Part shown: piece after piece, positions 1 through 10,503 of the stretch
Layout: every line of letters begins with the position of its first letter
How positions within the stretch are numbered: the first letter of the stretch is position 1
Source: Escherichia coli
GTDB lineage: Bacteria; Pseudomonadota; Gammaproteobacteria; Enterobacterales; Enterobacteriaceae
Assembly (NCBI RefSeq): GCF_050920415.1
Contig: NZ_CP169309.1
Length of the DNA stretch: 64,000 nt
Reading direction: 5' to 3' (one strand)
Notes under the pieces: model-generated
The model's database searches: none
What the model was told of the DNA's origin: nothing
Seen by the model: only the letters and a program-made list of their open reading frames with translations
Position numbers and translations under genes: made by a program

Positions 1-781
1 GTTGCCACTCATCTTCTGAAGCGAGTGAAAGATGATGACATAGACGTTGATGCCAACTCGGTAGCGATTCTGCTTCGTGATTAGGTGGAATGATGGTGGT
101 TACTGCGCCTTTTACTGGTTTATATTTGAGTTGAAGAGCGAGAAGGGCGATTTCAACGGCACTTTCCAGACCACAGCGAATGACTAAGTCATCGACCAGT
201 TCATCTTGAGAGTAAGAGTTCCAAAAGCCCCAGAGCAATGCTGCATCAGATTGCGCACTCCCTGTCGGTTGATTACCCTGAACTCGCATTTGTAACTCAG
301 CAAAAGCCTGCTGCCAGTTTTCTGGATAAGAGCGGTAATTATTGTCGGGGTCATATGCCCTCGTGTTATTCGCGATGCGCTTCCATATTTGGCCATCTTT
401 GTGCAGATAATTGATATCTCTGGGGCGAGAGCGATGTGGAAAAGCAAATCGGTTAATATCGTCGGTTAGCGGAATGGCTGCATCATCAGCCAGCCATGGG
501 CGTTTGTTTTTACTCTCAGGTGAAGTTTCAACGTCAGGAGTGACTTTGGTGACGGGGGGGATATGCACGTTTGCCGAAGCGTCTTCCACATAGCCTTTTT
601 TCGTTTTCTCAGCGATAAGCTTCAGTTCCGCTTTTTCCGCCGCCGCAGCATCCGCAAAGCTTTTTATCTGGCTTTGCCCTTGGGTGCCAACTTTTCCCCA
701 ACTGATATGCAACTCGTTACCTTGCTGCTCCACCGCCCAGAATTTATGTGATTTTTCGTCCTGATAGATATAACTCTTCAT
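1..781 (-). CDS. WGR domain protein, MolR/YehI family; N-terminal ~260 codons only, continues past window edge
   Basis: Hand translation of the minus strand from ATG at 781 is open to position 2 (MKSYIYQDEKSHKFWAVEQQGNELHISWGKVGTQ...), a typical WGR-domain start; AGGGAA RBS-like upstream. Missing from the ORF track because no stop lies inside the window. In K-12 this position is the molR pseudogene. Confidence 0.6.
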   Translation of the reverse strand, partial: MKSYIYQDEKSHKFWAVEQQGNELHISWGKVGTQGQSQIKSFADAAAAEKAELKLIAEKTKKGYVEDASANVHIPPVTKVTPDVETSPESKNKRPWLADDAAIPLTDDINRFAFPHRSRPRDINYLHKDGQIWKRIANNTRAYDPDNNYRSYPENWQQAFAELQMRVQGNQPTGSAQSDAALLWGFWNSYSQDELVDDLVIRCGLESAVEIALLALQLKYKPVKGAVTTIIPPNHEAESLPSWHQRLCHHLSLASEDEWQ

Positions 782-877
782 CCGCGTTCCCTGTATTTAT
801 ATCCAGTTATAAGCGGATGCTAGCAGTTAATGAAAAAAATTAAGAGCGTTGAACAAACAAGAAAACAACTTTAGGAA

Positions 878-911
878 TTCATAAAGAAAAGGCGCTGTCG
901 ATGCAGCGCCT
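878..911 (-). terminator. Rho-independent terminator downstream of metG
   Basis: GGCGCTG-N6-CAGCGCC hairpin followed by a U-rich tract on the minus strand, just 3' of the metG stop. Confidence 0.5.
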
Positions 912-921
912 TGAAGGGGGA

Positions 922-2955
922 TTATTTCACCTGATGGCCCGGTTTAGCACCGGCATCCGGGCTTAGCAGGAAGATATCTTTCCCGCCAGGACCGGCAGCC
1001 ATCACCATGCCTTCGGAGATACCGAAGCGCATTTTACGTGGTGCCAGGTTAGCCACCATAATGGTGTGACGACCAATCAATGCCTGCGGATCCGGGTAAG
1101 CAGAACGAATGCCGGAGAAGACATTGCGTTTTTCACCGCCGAGATCCAGCGTCAGGCGCAGCAGTTTGTCAGAACCTTCAACAAACTCTGCGTTTTCGAT
1201 CAACGCCACGCGCAGGTCAACTTTGGCGAAGTCGTCAAAGGTGATGGTTTCCTGAATCGGATCATCTGCCAGCGGGCCAGTAACTGGTGCGGCAGTGGCT
1301 TTCACTTCTTCTTTAGATGCTTCCACCAGTGCTTCAACCTGCTTCATGTCAATACGGTTATACAGCGCCTTGAACGGATTCACTTTGTGGCCCAGCAGCG
1401 GTTGCTGGATACCATCCCAAGTCAGTTCCGTATTGAGGAATGCTTCTGCACGCTCGGTCAGTTTTGGCAGTACCGGTTTCAGGTAGGTCATCAGCACGCG
1501 GAACAGGTTAATGCCCATAGAGCAAATCGCCTGCAGGTCAGCATCGCGACCTTCCTGTTTTGCGACTACCCACGGAGCCTGTTCATCGACATAGCGGTTA
1601 GCCAGGTCAGCCAGTGCCATGATTTCGCGCACTGCTTTACCAAATTCACGGCTTTCCCACGCTTCGCCAATCACTTCAGCGGCATCCGTGAAGGTTTTGT
1701 ACAACTGCGGGTCAGCCAGTTCGCTTGCCAACACGCCGTCAAAACGCTTGTTGATAAAGCCCGCGTTACGGGATGCCAGGTTTACAACCTTATTAACGAT
1801 ATCGGCATTCACGCGCTGGACGAAATCCTCGAGGTTGAGATCGATATCATCAATGCGCGAAGAGAGTTTCGCAGTGTAGTAGTAACGCAGGCTGTCAGCG
1901 TCAAAATGATTCAGCCAGGTGCTGGCTTTAATAAAGGTGCCGCGAGACTTGGACATCTTCGCGCCGTTCACCGTTACATAGCCGTGAACAAACAGGTTGG
2001 TCGGCTTGCGGAAGTTGCTACCTTCCAACATGGCAGGCCAGAACAGGCTGTGGAAGTAAACAATATCTTTACCGATGAAGTGGTACAGCTCGGCGGTGGA
2101 GTCTTTCTTCCAGTATTCATCGAAGCTTACGCTGTCGCCGCGCTTGTCACACAGATTCTTGAAAGAACCCATGTAGCCAATCGGTGCGTCCAGCCAGACG
2201 TAGAAATATTTGCCCGGCGCGTTCGGAATTTCAAAACCGAAGTAAGGGGCGTCGCGGGAGATATCCCATTGTTGCAGGCCAGATTCAAACCACTCCTGCA
2301 TTTTGTTTGCCACCTGCTCCTGCAACGCACCGCTGCGGGTCCATGCCTGCAGCATTTCGCTGAAAGAGGGCAGATCAAAGAAGAAGTGTTCAGAATCACG
2401 CATTACCGGGGTAGCGCCAGAAACCACCGATTTCGGCTCGATCAGTTCAGTCGGGCTGTAGGTCGCGCCGCAGACTTCGCAGTTATCGCCGTATTGATCC
2501 GGGGATTTACATTTCGGGCAGGTGCCTTTTACAAAACGGTCCGGCAGGAACATGCCTTTTTCCGGATCGTACAGTTGAGAGATGGTGCGGTTTTTAATAA
2601 AACCGTTTTCCTTCAGGCGAGTATAGATAAGTTCTGACAACTGTCGGTTCTCTTCACTGTGCGTCGAGTGATAGTTGTCATAGCTGATGTTAAAGCCTGC
2701 GAAATCAGTCTGATGCTCCTGACTCATTTCGCCAATCATCTGCTCCGGAGTGATACCAAGCTGCTGAGCTTTCAGCATGATTGGTGTACCGTGGGCATCG
2801 TCGGCGCAGATGAAGTTGACCTCGTGGCCGCGCATTCGCTGGTAACGGACCCAGACATCAGCCTGGATGTGCTCCAGCATATGGCCGAGGTGGATTGAGC
2901 CGTTAGCGTACGGCAGTGCGCACGTCACCAGAATTTTCTTCGCGACTTGAGTCAT
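922..2955 (-). CDS. metG: Methionine--tRNA ligase
   Basis: ORF 922..2964; protein [29 protein letters not shown] with HLGH motif. Start set at the internal ATG (2955) to give the 677 aa K-12 length. Confidence 0.93.
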   Translation of the reverse strand: MTQVAKKILVTCALPYANGSIHLGHMLEHIQADVWVRYQRMRGHEVNFICADDAHGTPIMLKAQQLGITPEQMIGEMSQEHQTDFAGFNISYDNYHSTHSEENRQLSELIYTRLKENGFIKNRTISQLYDPEKGMFLPDRFVKGTCPKCKSPDQYGDNCEVCGATYSPTELIEPKSVVSGATPVMRDSEHFFFDLPSFSEMLQAWTRSGALQEQVANKMQEWFESGLQQWDISRDAPYFGFEIPNAPGKYFYVWLDAPIGYMGSFKNLCDKRGDSVSFDEYWKKDSTAELYHFIGKDIVYFHSLFWPAMLEGSNFRKPTNLFVHGYVTVNGAKMSKSRGTFIKASTWLNHFDADSLRYYYTAKLSSRIDDIDLNLEDFVQRVNADIVNKVVNLASRNAGFINKRFDGVLASELADPQLYKTFTDAAEVIGEAWESREFGKAVREIMALADLANRYVDEQAPWVVAKQEGRDADLQAICSMGINLFRVLMTYLKPVLPKLTERAEAFLNTELTWDGIQQPLLGHKVNPFKALYNRIDMKQVEALVEASKEEVKATAAPVTGPLADDPIQETITFDDFAKVDLRVALIENAEFVEGSDKLLRLTLDLGGEKRNVFSGIRSAYPDPQALIGRHTIMVANLAPRKMRFGISEGMVMAAGPGGKDIFLLSPDAGAKPGHQVK

Positions 2956-3086
2956 AGTAGGCATTACTTCTTAATAGTGAAAAGGGGTTAGATAGTACCA
3001 AATGGGAAAATGTTAAGTAAGTACTTCTCTATATTCTTCAGGTAAACTATCAGCTGATGGTTTATCTATACAAAAAAGGAGTCGGG

Positions 3087-4196
3087 ATGAACGAACAATC
3101 CCAGGCCAAATCACCAGAAGCCTTGCGCGCAATGGTCGCCGGGACACTGGCCAATTTTCAGCACCCAACCCTGAAGCATAACCTCACCACGCTGAAAGCG
3201 TTGCACCATGTCGCCTGGATGGACGACACGTTGCATGTGGAACTGGTTATGCCATTCGTCTGGCATAGCGCGTTCGAAGAGTTAAAAGAGCAATGTAGCG
3301 CTGAACTGCTGCGCATCACCGGGGCGAAAGCTATCGACTGGAAACTGTCGCACAATATCGCCACCTTAAAACGCGTGAAGAATCAGCCGGGAATTAACGG
3401 CGTGAAGAACATCATTGCGGTCAGCTCCGGTAAAGGCGGCGTGGGTAAATCCTCCACGGCGGTAAATCTGGCGCTGGCACTGGCGGCGGAAGGGGCGAAA
3501 GTCGGCATTCTGGACGCCGATATCTACGGCCCATCAATACCCACCATGCTGGGCGCAGAAAATCAGCGTCCAACTTCGCCGGACGGTACCCATATGGCAC
3601 CGATTATGTCTCATGGACTGGCAACCAATTCAATTGGTTATCTGGTCACTGACGACAATGCGATGGTGTGGCGTGGTCCGATGGCGAGCAAGGCGTTAAT
3701 GCAGATGTTGCAGGAAACCTTGTGGCCGGATCTCGACTATCTGGTGCTTGATATGCCGCCAGGCACCGGTGACATTCAATTGACACTGGCACAAAACATT
3801 CCAGTAACTGGCGCGGTAGTGGTCACCACCCCGCAGGACATTGCGTTGATCGATGCGAAAAAAGGCATTGTGATGTTCGAGAAAGTCGAGGTTCCGGTGC
3901 TCGGTATTGTCGAGAACATGAGCGTGCATATTTGCAGTAACTGTGGTCACCATGAACCGATTTTCGGTACCGGTGGTGCAGAGAAACTGGCCGAGAAATA
4001 CCACACGCAGTTGCTGGGGCAGATGCCGTTACACATCTCCTTACGTGAAGATCTCGATAAAGGCACGCCAACGGTTATCAGCCGTCCGGAGAGCGAATTT
4101 ACCGCTATCTACCGCCAGCTGGCTGACCGCGTTGCAGCCCAGCTTTATTGGCAGGGAGAAGTCATTCCTGGCGAGATTTCCTTCCGCGCGGTCTGA
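3087..4196 (+). CDS. apbC: Fe-S cluster carrier ATPase ApbC/Mrp
   Basis: ORF 3057..4196; start moved to MNEQSQAKSPEAL (AAGGA RBS upstream); Walker A GKGGVGKSS; divergent from metG as in K-12. Confidence 0.9.
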   Translation: MNEQSQAKSPEALRAMVAGTLANFQHPTLKHNLTTLKALHHVAWMDDTLHVELVMPFVWHSAFEELKEQCSAELLRITGAKAIDWKLSHNIATLKRVKNQPGINGVKNIIAVSSGKGGVGKSSTAVNLALALAAEGAKVGILDADIYGPSIPTMLGAENQRPTSPDGTHMAPIMSHGLATNSIGYLVTDDNAMVWRGPMASKALMQMLQETLWPDLDYLVLDMPPGTGDIQLTLAQNIPVTGAVVVTTPQDIALIDAKKGIVMFEKVEVPVLGIVENMSVHICSNCGHHEPIFGTGGAEKLAEKYHTQLLGQMPLHISLREDLDKGTPTVISRPESEFTAIYRQLADRVAAQLYWQGEVIPGEISFRAV

Positions 4197-4458
4197 CGCG
4201 TATTAACCTTTTTGGTTGTTTTTCGTACACCGCAGAGATGTTACATTGATGCGGTGTATTTGTTTTTGCCGCATTAATGAACACTTATTTAATGCTGCGA
4301 ATATTCTGCGGACCTTCGTCCGAAACTCTATAAAGTCGATTGATCGTACAGGCAATGCTTCATTATCATCCTTCGTGGCTGTGTAGTGGATGTACAGCTA
4401 TAGTTTGTTATGCACTCATTCTATCCAGGCATAACCTTTACTACAGGGATAACGTTCA

Positions 4459-4740
4459 ATGAATAAGTACTGGCTGTCAGGAATTATTTTTCTTGCCTAT
4501 GGAATGGCTTCTCCCGCGTTCTCTTCACAGACTGCCACATTAACGATTAATGGCAGGATCAGTCCCCCAACATGCAGTATGGCTATGGTTAATGGTCAAC
4601 CTCAACAGCATTGTGGTCAGTTAACGTATGATGTTGATACCCGTCATCAGGTTTCTTCGCCAGTCAAAGGTGTGACGACAGAAGTGGTTGTTGCAGGTAG
4701 CGATAGCAAACGTCGAATCGTGTTAAATCGCTACGATTAA
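4459..4740 (+). CDS. yehE: Small secreted protein YehE (DUF2574)
   Basis: 93 aa ORF with N-terminal signal peptide, upstream of the yeh fimbrial genes. Confidence 0.8.
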   Translation: MNKYWLSGIIFLAYGMASPAFSSQTATLTINGRISPPTCSMAMVNGQPQQHCGQLTYDVDTRHQVSSPVKGVTTEVVVAGSDSKRRIVLNRYD

Positions 4741-4773
4741 TTTGCCACCCTAGTTCTTTAAGCGGATTTAGAA

Positions 4774-4812
4774 AGCTGAAATCATTCGCGTGAATGATTT
4801 CAGCTTTTTTAT
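4774..4812 (+). terminator. Rho-independent terminator after yehE
   Basis: 14 bp perfect stem AGCTGAAATCATTC / GAATGATTTCAGCT followed by a T6 run. Confidence 0.7.
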
Positions 4813-5035
4813 TGATATTAATAATACCATTTAAAAAAATCTGCATTAATTAATAGATGTGATAAATATTTAATATGCTTAAGTATTTGTTGTATTTATA
4901 TTGCAATGGTTAATTTGTTTTAAATCAATAAAACAATATGTTTACATTGCGGCAACTTTTTTGATGTGAGAAATTTGTTTCCAAGAGATACAGACTCTTA
5001 ACAACCAAAAAATAAATTTTATTAAGGAACATATT

Positions 5036-5578
5036 ATGAAACGTTCAATTATTGCTGCCGCTGTCTTTTCTTCTTTTTTTATGAGCGCTGGGGTATTTGC
5101 CGCAGACGTTGATACCGGAACATTAACCATTAAAGGGAATATTGCAGAATCTCCGTGTAAATTCGAAGCGGGTGGCGATTCAGTAAGTATTAATATGCCA
5201 ACTGTACCAACCACTGTCTTTGAAGGTAAAGCTAAATACTCGACCTATGATGATGCAGTCGGTGTAACCAGCAGCATGTTAAAAATTAGCTGTCCGAAAG
5301 AAGTTGCTGGTGTAAAACTCTCGTTGATTACCAACGATAAAATAACCGGAAACGATAAGGCGATAGCCAGTAGCAACGATACCGTGGGGTACTATCTCTA
5401 TTTAGGTGATAACAGCGATGTCCTGGATGTTTCTGCACCTTTTAACATTGAAAGTTATAAAACAGCGGAAGGTCAATATGCCATTCCGTTTAAAGCGAAA
5501 TATCTGAAACTGACAGATAACTCAGTGCAATCAGCTGATGTGTTATCTTCTCTGGTTATGCGTGTGGCGCAGGATTAA
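5036..5578 (+). CDS. yehD: Fimbrial major subunit (chaperone-usher)
   Basis: 180 aa, signal peptide, pilin-like size and composition; first gene of yehDCBA. Confidence 0.88.
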   Translation: MKRSIIAAAVFSSFFMSAGVFAADVDTGTLTIKGNIAESPCKFEAGGDSVSINMPTVPTTVFEGKAKYSTYDDAVGVTSSMLKISCPKEVAGVKLSLITNDKITGNDKAIASSNDTVGYYLYLGDNSDVLDVSAPFNIESYKTAEGQYAIPFKAKYLKLTDNSVQSADVLSSLVMRVAQD

Positions 5579-5612
5579 TAAATAAAATTTCAAATTTCCC
5601 CAGGTAATAAAC

Positions 5613-5641
5613 ATGGCCGCTATCCCCATGGCGGCCTTTTA
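5613..5641 (+). terminator. Stem-loop plus T-run after yehD (attenuator/terminator)
   Basis: GGCCGC...GCGGCC hairpin followed by TTTT between the pilin and chaperone genes. Confidence 0.5.
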
Positions 5642-5658
5642 ATTTAAGAGGCATTAAG

Positions 5659-6333
5659 ATGAAAGGATTATTAGCTTTACTTATTTCTTCTATGGTCCTT
5701 CCTGCGCATGCCGGAATTGTTATCTACGGGACGCGCATTATTTACCCGGCAGAAAATAAAGAAGTGATGGTGCAGTTGATGAACCAGGGAAACCGTTCTT
5801 CGCTGCTGCAGGCGTGGATTGATGATGGCGATACGTCGTTACCACCAGAAAAAATTCAGGTTCCTTTCATGTTAACGCCACCAGTGGCAAAAATAGGGGC
5901 AAATTCCGGGCAGCAAGTAAAAATCAAAATTATGTCGAATAAACTGCCCACTAATAAAGAGAGCATTTTTTATCTGAATGTTCTGGATATTCCACCAAAT
6001 AGTCCAGAGCAAGAGGGCAAGAATGCACTGAAATTTGCAATGCAAAACAGAATCAAATTGTTTTACCGGCCTGCGGGTATTGCACCGGTAAATAAAGCGA
6101 CATTTAAAAAGTTACTGGTAAATCGCAGTGGCAATGGATTGGTGATAAAAAATGACTCAGCAAATTGGGTAACGATTTCGGATGTCAAAGCTAATAATGT
6201 TAAAGTCAATTATGAAACTATCATGATTGCACCATTGGAAAGTCAGAGTGTTAATGTCAAAACTAATAATGCGAATAGCTGGCATCTGACCATTATCGAT
6301 GACCATGGCAACTATATTAGTGACAAAATTTAA
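5659..6333 (+). CDS. yehC: Periplasmic fimbrial chaperone (PapD-like)
   Basis: 224 aa ORF with signal peptide, immediately upstream of the usher. Confidence 0.88.
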   Translation: MKGLLALLISSMVLPAHAGIVIYGTRIIYPAENKEVMVQLMNQGNRSSLLQAWIDDGDTSLPPEKIQVPFMLTPPVAKIGANSGQQVKIKIMSNKLPTNKESIFYLNVLDIPPNSPEQEGKNALKFAMQNRIKLFYRPAGIAPVNKATFKKLLVNRSGNGLVIKNDSANWVTISDVKANNVKVNYETIMIAPLESQSVNVKTNNANSWHLTIIDDHGNYISDKI

Positions 6334-6348
6334 TTGCAGGAGCTACCT

Positions 6349-8829
6349 ATGTTGAGAATGACCCCACTTGCATCAGCAATCGTAGCGTTATTGCTTGGCA
6401 TTGAAGCTTATGCAGCTGAAGAAACTTTTGATACTCATTTTATGATAGGTGGAATGAAAGACCAGCAGGTTGCAAATATTCGTCTTGATGATAATCAACC
6501 CTTGCCAGGGCAGTATGAAATCGATATTTATGTCAATAAGCAATGGCGAGGGAAATACGAGGTTATCGTTAAAGATAATCACGAAGAAACATGCCTGGAA
6601 AGGGAAATTATAAAGCGATTGGGTATTAATACCGATAACTTTGCCAGCGGTAAGCAATGTTTAACATTTGAGCAACTTGTTCACGGTGGGAGCTATACCT
6701 GGGATATCGGAGTTTTTCGTCTCGATTTCAGTGTACCGCAGGCGTGGGTGGAAGAACTGGAAAGTGGCTATGTTCCACCGGAAAACTGGGAGCGGGGTAT
6801 TAATGCGTTTTATACCTCTTATTATGTGAGTCAGTATTACAGCGACTATAAAGCGTCGGGTAATAGCAAGAGTACATATGTACGTTTTAACAGCGGGTTA
6901 AACTTACTGGGGTGGCAACTGCATTCTGATGCCAGTTTAAGTAAAACAAATAGCAATCCAGGGGTGTGGAAAAGCAATACCCTGTATCTGGAACGTGGAT
7001 TTGCCCAACTTCTCGGCACGCTTCGCGTGGGTGATATGTACACATCAAGCGATATTTTTGATTCTGTTCGCTTCAGCGGTGTGCGGTTGTTTCGTGATAT
7101 GCAGATGTTGCCTAACTCGAAACAAAATTTTACTCCACGGGTGCAGGGGATTGCTCAGAGTAACGCGCTGGTAACTATTGAACAGAACGGTTTTGTGGTT
7201 TATCAGAAAGAGGTTCCTCCTGGCCCGTTTGCGATTACAGATTTGCAGTTGGCCGGTGGTGGAGCAGATCTTGATGTCAGCGTGAAAGAGGCGGACGGTT
7301 CGGTAACCACCTATCTGGTGCCTTATGCAGCAGTGCCGAATATGCTGCAACCCGGCGTGTCGAAATATGATTTTGCGGCAGGTCGTAGCCATATTGAAGG
7401 GGCGAGCAAACAAAGTGATTTTGTTCAGGCGGGTTATCAGTATGGTTTTAATAACTTATTGACGCTGTATGGCGGATCGATGGTCGCGAATAATTATTAC
7501 GCGTTCACTTTGGGGACTGGCTGGAATACACGCATTGGTGCCATTTCCGTCGATGCCACGAAGTCGCATAGTAAACAAGACAACGGCGATGTGTTTGACG
7601 GGCAAAGTTATCAAATTGCCTACAACAAATTTGTGAGCCAAACGTCGACGCGTTTTGGTCTGGCGGCCTGGCGTTATTCGTCGCGTGATTACCGGACATT
7701 TAACGATCACGTTTGGGCAAACAATAAAGATAATTATCGCCGTGATGAAAACGATATCTATGACATTGCCGATTATTACCAGAACGATTTTGGCCGTAAA
7801 AATAGCTTTTCTGCCAATATGAGCCAGTCATTGCCAGAAGGCTGGGGTTCTGTGTCCTTAAGTACGTTATGGCGAGATTACTGGGGGCGTAGCGGCAGCA
7901 GTAAGGATTATCAGTTGAGTTATTCCAACAACCTGCGACGGATAAGCTATACCCTCGCGGCAAGCCAGGCTTATGACGAGAATCATCATGAAGAGAAACG
8001 TTTTAATATTTTTATATCGATTCCCTTTGATTGGGGTGATGACGTTACGACGCCTCGTCGGCAAATATATATGTCTAACTCAACGACGTTTGATGATCAG
8101 GGTTTTGCCTCAAATAATACGGGATTATCGGGAACCGTTGGAAGCCGGGATCAATTTAACTATGGGGTCAACTTAAGTCATCAGCATCAGGGAAATGAAA
8201 CGACAGCTGGAGCGAATTTAACCTGGAACGCGCCGGTGGCAACGGTGAATGGCAGTTATAGTCAGTCGAGTACTTATCGACAGGCTGGAGCCAGTCTTTC
8301 AGGGGGCATTGTCGCCTGGTCGGGTGGCGTTAATCTGGCGAACCGTCTTTCCGAAACGTTTGCTGTGATGAATGCGCCAGGAATTAAAGATGCTTATGTC
8401 AATGGGCAAAAATATCGCACAACAAACCGTAATGGAGTGGTGGTATACGATGGAATGACACCTTATCGGGAAAATCACCTGATGCTGGATGTGTCGCAAA
8501 GCGATAGCGAAGCAGAATTACGTGGCAACCGGAACATTGCCGCCCCTTTTCGCGGCGCGGTTGTACTGGTTAATTTTGATACCGATCAGCGCAAGCCCTG
8601 GTTTATAAAAGCGTTAAGAACGGATGGGCAACCATTAACGTTTGGTTATGAAGTCAATGATATCCACGGTCACAATATTGGCGTTGTCGGCCAGGGAAGC
8701 CAGTTATTTATTCGCACCAATGAAGTACCGCCATCGGTTAATGTAGCAATTGATAAGCAACAAGGGCTTTCATGCACAATCACCTTCGGTAAAGAGATTG
8801 ATGAAAGTAGAAATTATATTTGCCAGTAA
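6349..8829 (+). CDS. yehB: Outer membrane fimbrial usher
   Basis: ORF 6334..8829; start set to ATG 6349 after a GGAG RBS (826 aa); large beta-barrel usher-like protein. Confidence 0.9.
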   Translation: MLRMTPLASAIVALLLGIEAYAAEETFDTHFMIGGMKDQQVANIRLDDNQPLPGQYEIDIYVNKQWRGKYEVIVKDNHEETCLEREIIKRLGINTDNFASGKQCLTFEQLVHGGSYTWDIGVFRLDFSVPQAWVEELESGYVPPENWERGINAFYTSYYVSQYYSDYKASGNSKSTYVRFNSGLNLLGWQLHSDASLSKTNSNPGVWKSNTLYLERGFAQLLGTLRVGDMYTSSDIFDSVRFSGVRLFRDMQMLPNSKQNFTPRVQGIAQSNALVTIEQNGFVVYQKEVPPGPFAITDLQLAGGGADLDVSVKEADGSVTTYLVPYAAVPNMLQPGVSKYDFAAGRSHIEGASKQSDFVQAGYQYGFNNLLTLYGGSMVANNYYAFTLGTGWNTRIGAISVDATKSHSKQDNGDVFDGQSYQIAYNKFVSQTSTRFGLAAWRYSSRDYRTFNDHVWANNKDNYRRDENDIYDIADYYQNDFGRKNSFSANMSQSLPEGWGSVSLSTLWRDYWGRSGSSKDYQLSYSNNLRRISYTLAASQAYDENHHEEKRFNIFISIPFDWGDDVTTPRRQIYMSNSTTFDDQGFASNNTGLSGTVGSRDQFNYGVNLSHQHQGNETTAGANLTWNAPVATVNGSYSQSSTYRQAGASLSGGIVAWSGGVNLANRLSETFAVMNAPGIKDAYVNGQKYRTTNRNGVVVYDGMTPYRENHLMLDVSQSDSEAELRGNRNIAAPFRGAVVLVNFDTDQRKPWFIKALRTDGQPLTFGYEVNDIHGHNIGVVGQGSQLFIRTNEVPPSVNVAIDKQQGLSCTITFGKEIDESRNYICQ

Positions 8830-8844
8830 TAGTCAGGTGGTTCT

Positions 8845-9879
8845 ATGAAAATTCGCATAATGCTATTTATATTAACGATGATGGTTATGCCTGTGAGCTA
8901 TGCAGCATGTTATAGTGAGTTATCTGTTCAGCACAATTTGATTGTTCAGGGGGATTTTGCACTTACTCAAACACAAACGGCGACATATGAGCATAATTTC
9001 AACGATTCATCATGTGTGAGTACAAATACCATCACTCCCATGAATTCATCGGATATTATTGTTGGGCTGTATAACGATACAATTAAATTAAATTTACATT
9101 TTGAATGGACCAATAAAAACAACATCACGTTGTCAAATAATCAGACCAGTTTCACTAATGGTTATTCGGTAACGGTGACACCTGCGGCCAGTAATGCAAA
9201 AGTGAATGTTTCTGCGGGGGGCGGCGGTTCAGTGATGATTAATGGTGTTGCGACATTATCCAGTGCTTCATCATCGACACGCGGGAGTGCTGCAGTACAA
9301 TTTTTACTGTGTTTATTCGGTGGCAAGTCATGGGATGCATGTGTAAATAGCTACAGAAATGCATTGGCACAAAATGCAGGTGTCTATTCCTTTAATCTGA
9401 CATTGTCATACAACCCGATAACCACAACCTGCAAACCGGACGATTTATTAATTACTTTAGAGAGTATTCCCGTTTCACAATTACCAGCTACAGGTAACAA
9501 AGCAACAATAAATAGTAACAAAGGGGATATTGTTCTGCGTTGTAAAAACTTATTAGGTCAACAAAATCAAACATCACGGAAAATGCAGGTGTATTTATCA
9601 AGTTCTGACTTGTTAACCAACAGCAACACAATACTGAAAGGTGCGGAAGATAATGGCGTAGGATTTATTCTTGAAAGTAATGGTTCTCCAGTCACACTTT
9701 TAAATATCACTAACAGCAGTAAAGAATACACAAATTTAAAAGAAATTGCGGCAAAGTCAAAACTTACAGATACAACGGTTTCAATTCCGATAACTGCCAG
9801 TTACTACGTCTACGATACAAATAAAATTAAATCTGGCGCACTGGAGGCAACCGCATTAATCAACGTGAAATACGACTAA
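8845..9879 (+). CDS. yehA: Fimbrial adhesin-like tip subunit
   Basis: 344 aa, signal peptide, last gene of the chaperone-usher operon. Confidence 0.85.
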   Translation: MKIRIMLFILTMMVMPVSYAACYSELSVQHNLIVQGDFALTQTQTATYEHNFNDSSCVSTNTITPMNSSDIIVGLYNDTIKLNLHFEWTNKNNITLSNNQTSFTNGYSVTVTPAASNAKVNVSAGGGGSVMINGVATLSSASSSTRGSAAVQFLLCLFGGKSWDACVNSYRNALAQNAGVYSFNLTLSYNPITTTCKPDDLLITLESIPVSQLPATGNKATINSNKGDIVLRCKNLLGQQNQTSRKMQVYLSSSDLLTNSNTILKGAEDNGVGFILESNGSPVTLLNITNSSKEYTNLKEIAAKSKLTDTTVSIPITASYYVYDTNKIKSGALEATALINVKYD

Positions 9880-9935
9880 TAACAAGCAAGACGAGCAAGT
9901 GGCTAATAATAAAAAATAACAAGGTGTCTGCATTT

Positions 9936-9962
9936 CCCCCTCATGATGAGGGGGCTTTTTTT
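9936..9962. terminator. Bidirectional terminator between yehA and rcnB
   Basis: CCCCCTCA-TGA-TGAGGGGG hairpin flanked by T-run (plus) and A-run (minus reads as U-run). Confidence 0.65.
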
Positions 9963-10299
9963 AGCGATGATAAAAAATCTCACCATCGTAGGCTTTAATG
10001 ATTTTACCGTCGGTGTCGCTGATCAACACGTACGCGCCACCCATATAGGTCCAGTGCGTCCCGGCATCAGGCGCGGGCAGGTTACGTAACTGCCACTGCT
10101 TAATGTTGTACTCATCGGTGCGGTACATCTCTGGGACGGTATCGCCTGGTTTGAAATGCTTAAAGTCAGCAATGAAACTGCTTAACTCATACTTAGAAAT
10201 TCCCGAGGTATTGGTCGAACCCGCGGTGGCTGGTGCGGCCCAGGCGGCACTGGTAACCAGCAAAAGCACACCCAGCAACATCTTATTTTTAATGGTCAT
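9961..10299 (-). CDS. rcnB: Periplasmic Ni/Co homeostasis protein RcnB (YohN)
   Basis: Internal start MTIKNKMLLGVLLLVTSAAWA within ORF 9961..10479 gives the 112 aa secreted protein; sits downstream of rcnA. Confidence 0.85.
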   Translation of the reverse strand: MTIKNKMLLGVLLLVTSAAWAAPATAGSTNTSGISKYELSSFIADFKHFKPGDTVPEMYRTDEYNIKQWQLRNLPAPDAGTHWTYMGGAYVLISDTDGKIIKAYDGEIFYHR

Positions 10300-10503
10300 A
10301 AACTCTCCACTTTGGGGATCTGTAATATCAGTCGCATATCTTTCCTGCCATACAATATAACTGACAAGCGATATTTTGTTAGTGATCCCATGATTTCGTA
10401 AAAAGTGTAAATGAAAGGATGCCCTAAAAGCATCCTTAGCGAGCAGAGAGCCAGCGGAAATAGCTGATTTAAGAATCATCCTGGGCTGAAGATAACATGC
10501 AGC

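Noticed and set aside
1066-2637. 523 aa ORF on the plus strand
   Set aside because: Lies entirely antisense within metG, whose identity is unambiguous; the protein is low-complexity and Arg/Phe-rich; an antisense artefact of a long GC-balanced gene.
4243-4380. Possible small ORF (about 45 codons, MRCICFCRINEH...) in the apbC-yehE spacer, considered as a candidate for the small membrane protein yohO
   Set aside because: The translation is not hydrophobic and has no RBS; the region contains the apbC terminator hairpin (CACCGCAG...CTGCGGTG); I could not confirm a yohO-like peptide from sequence alone.
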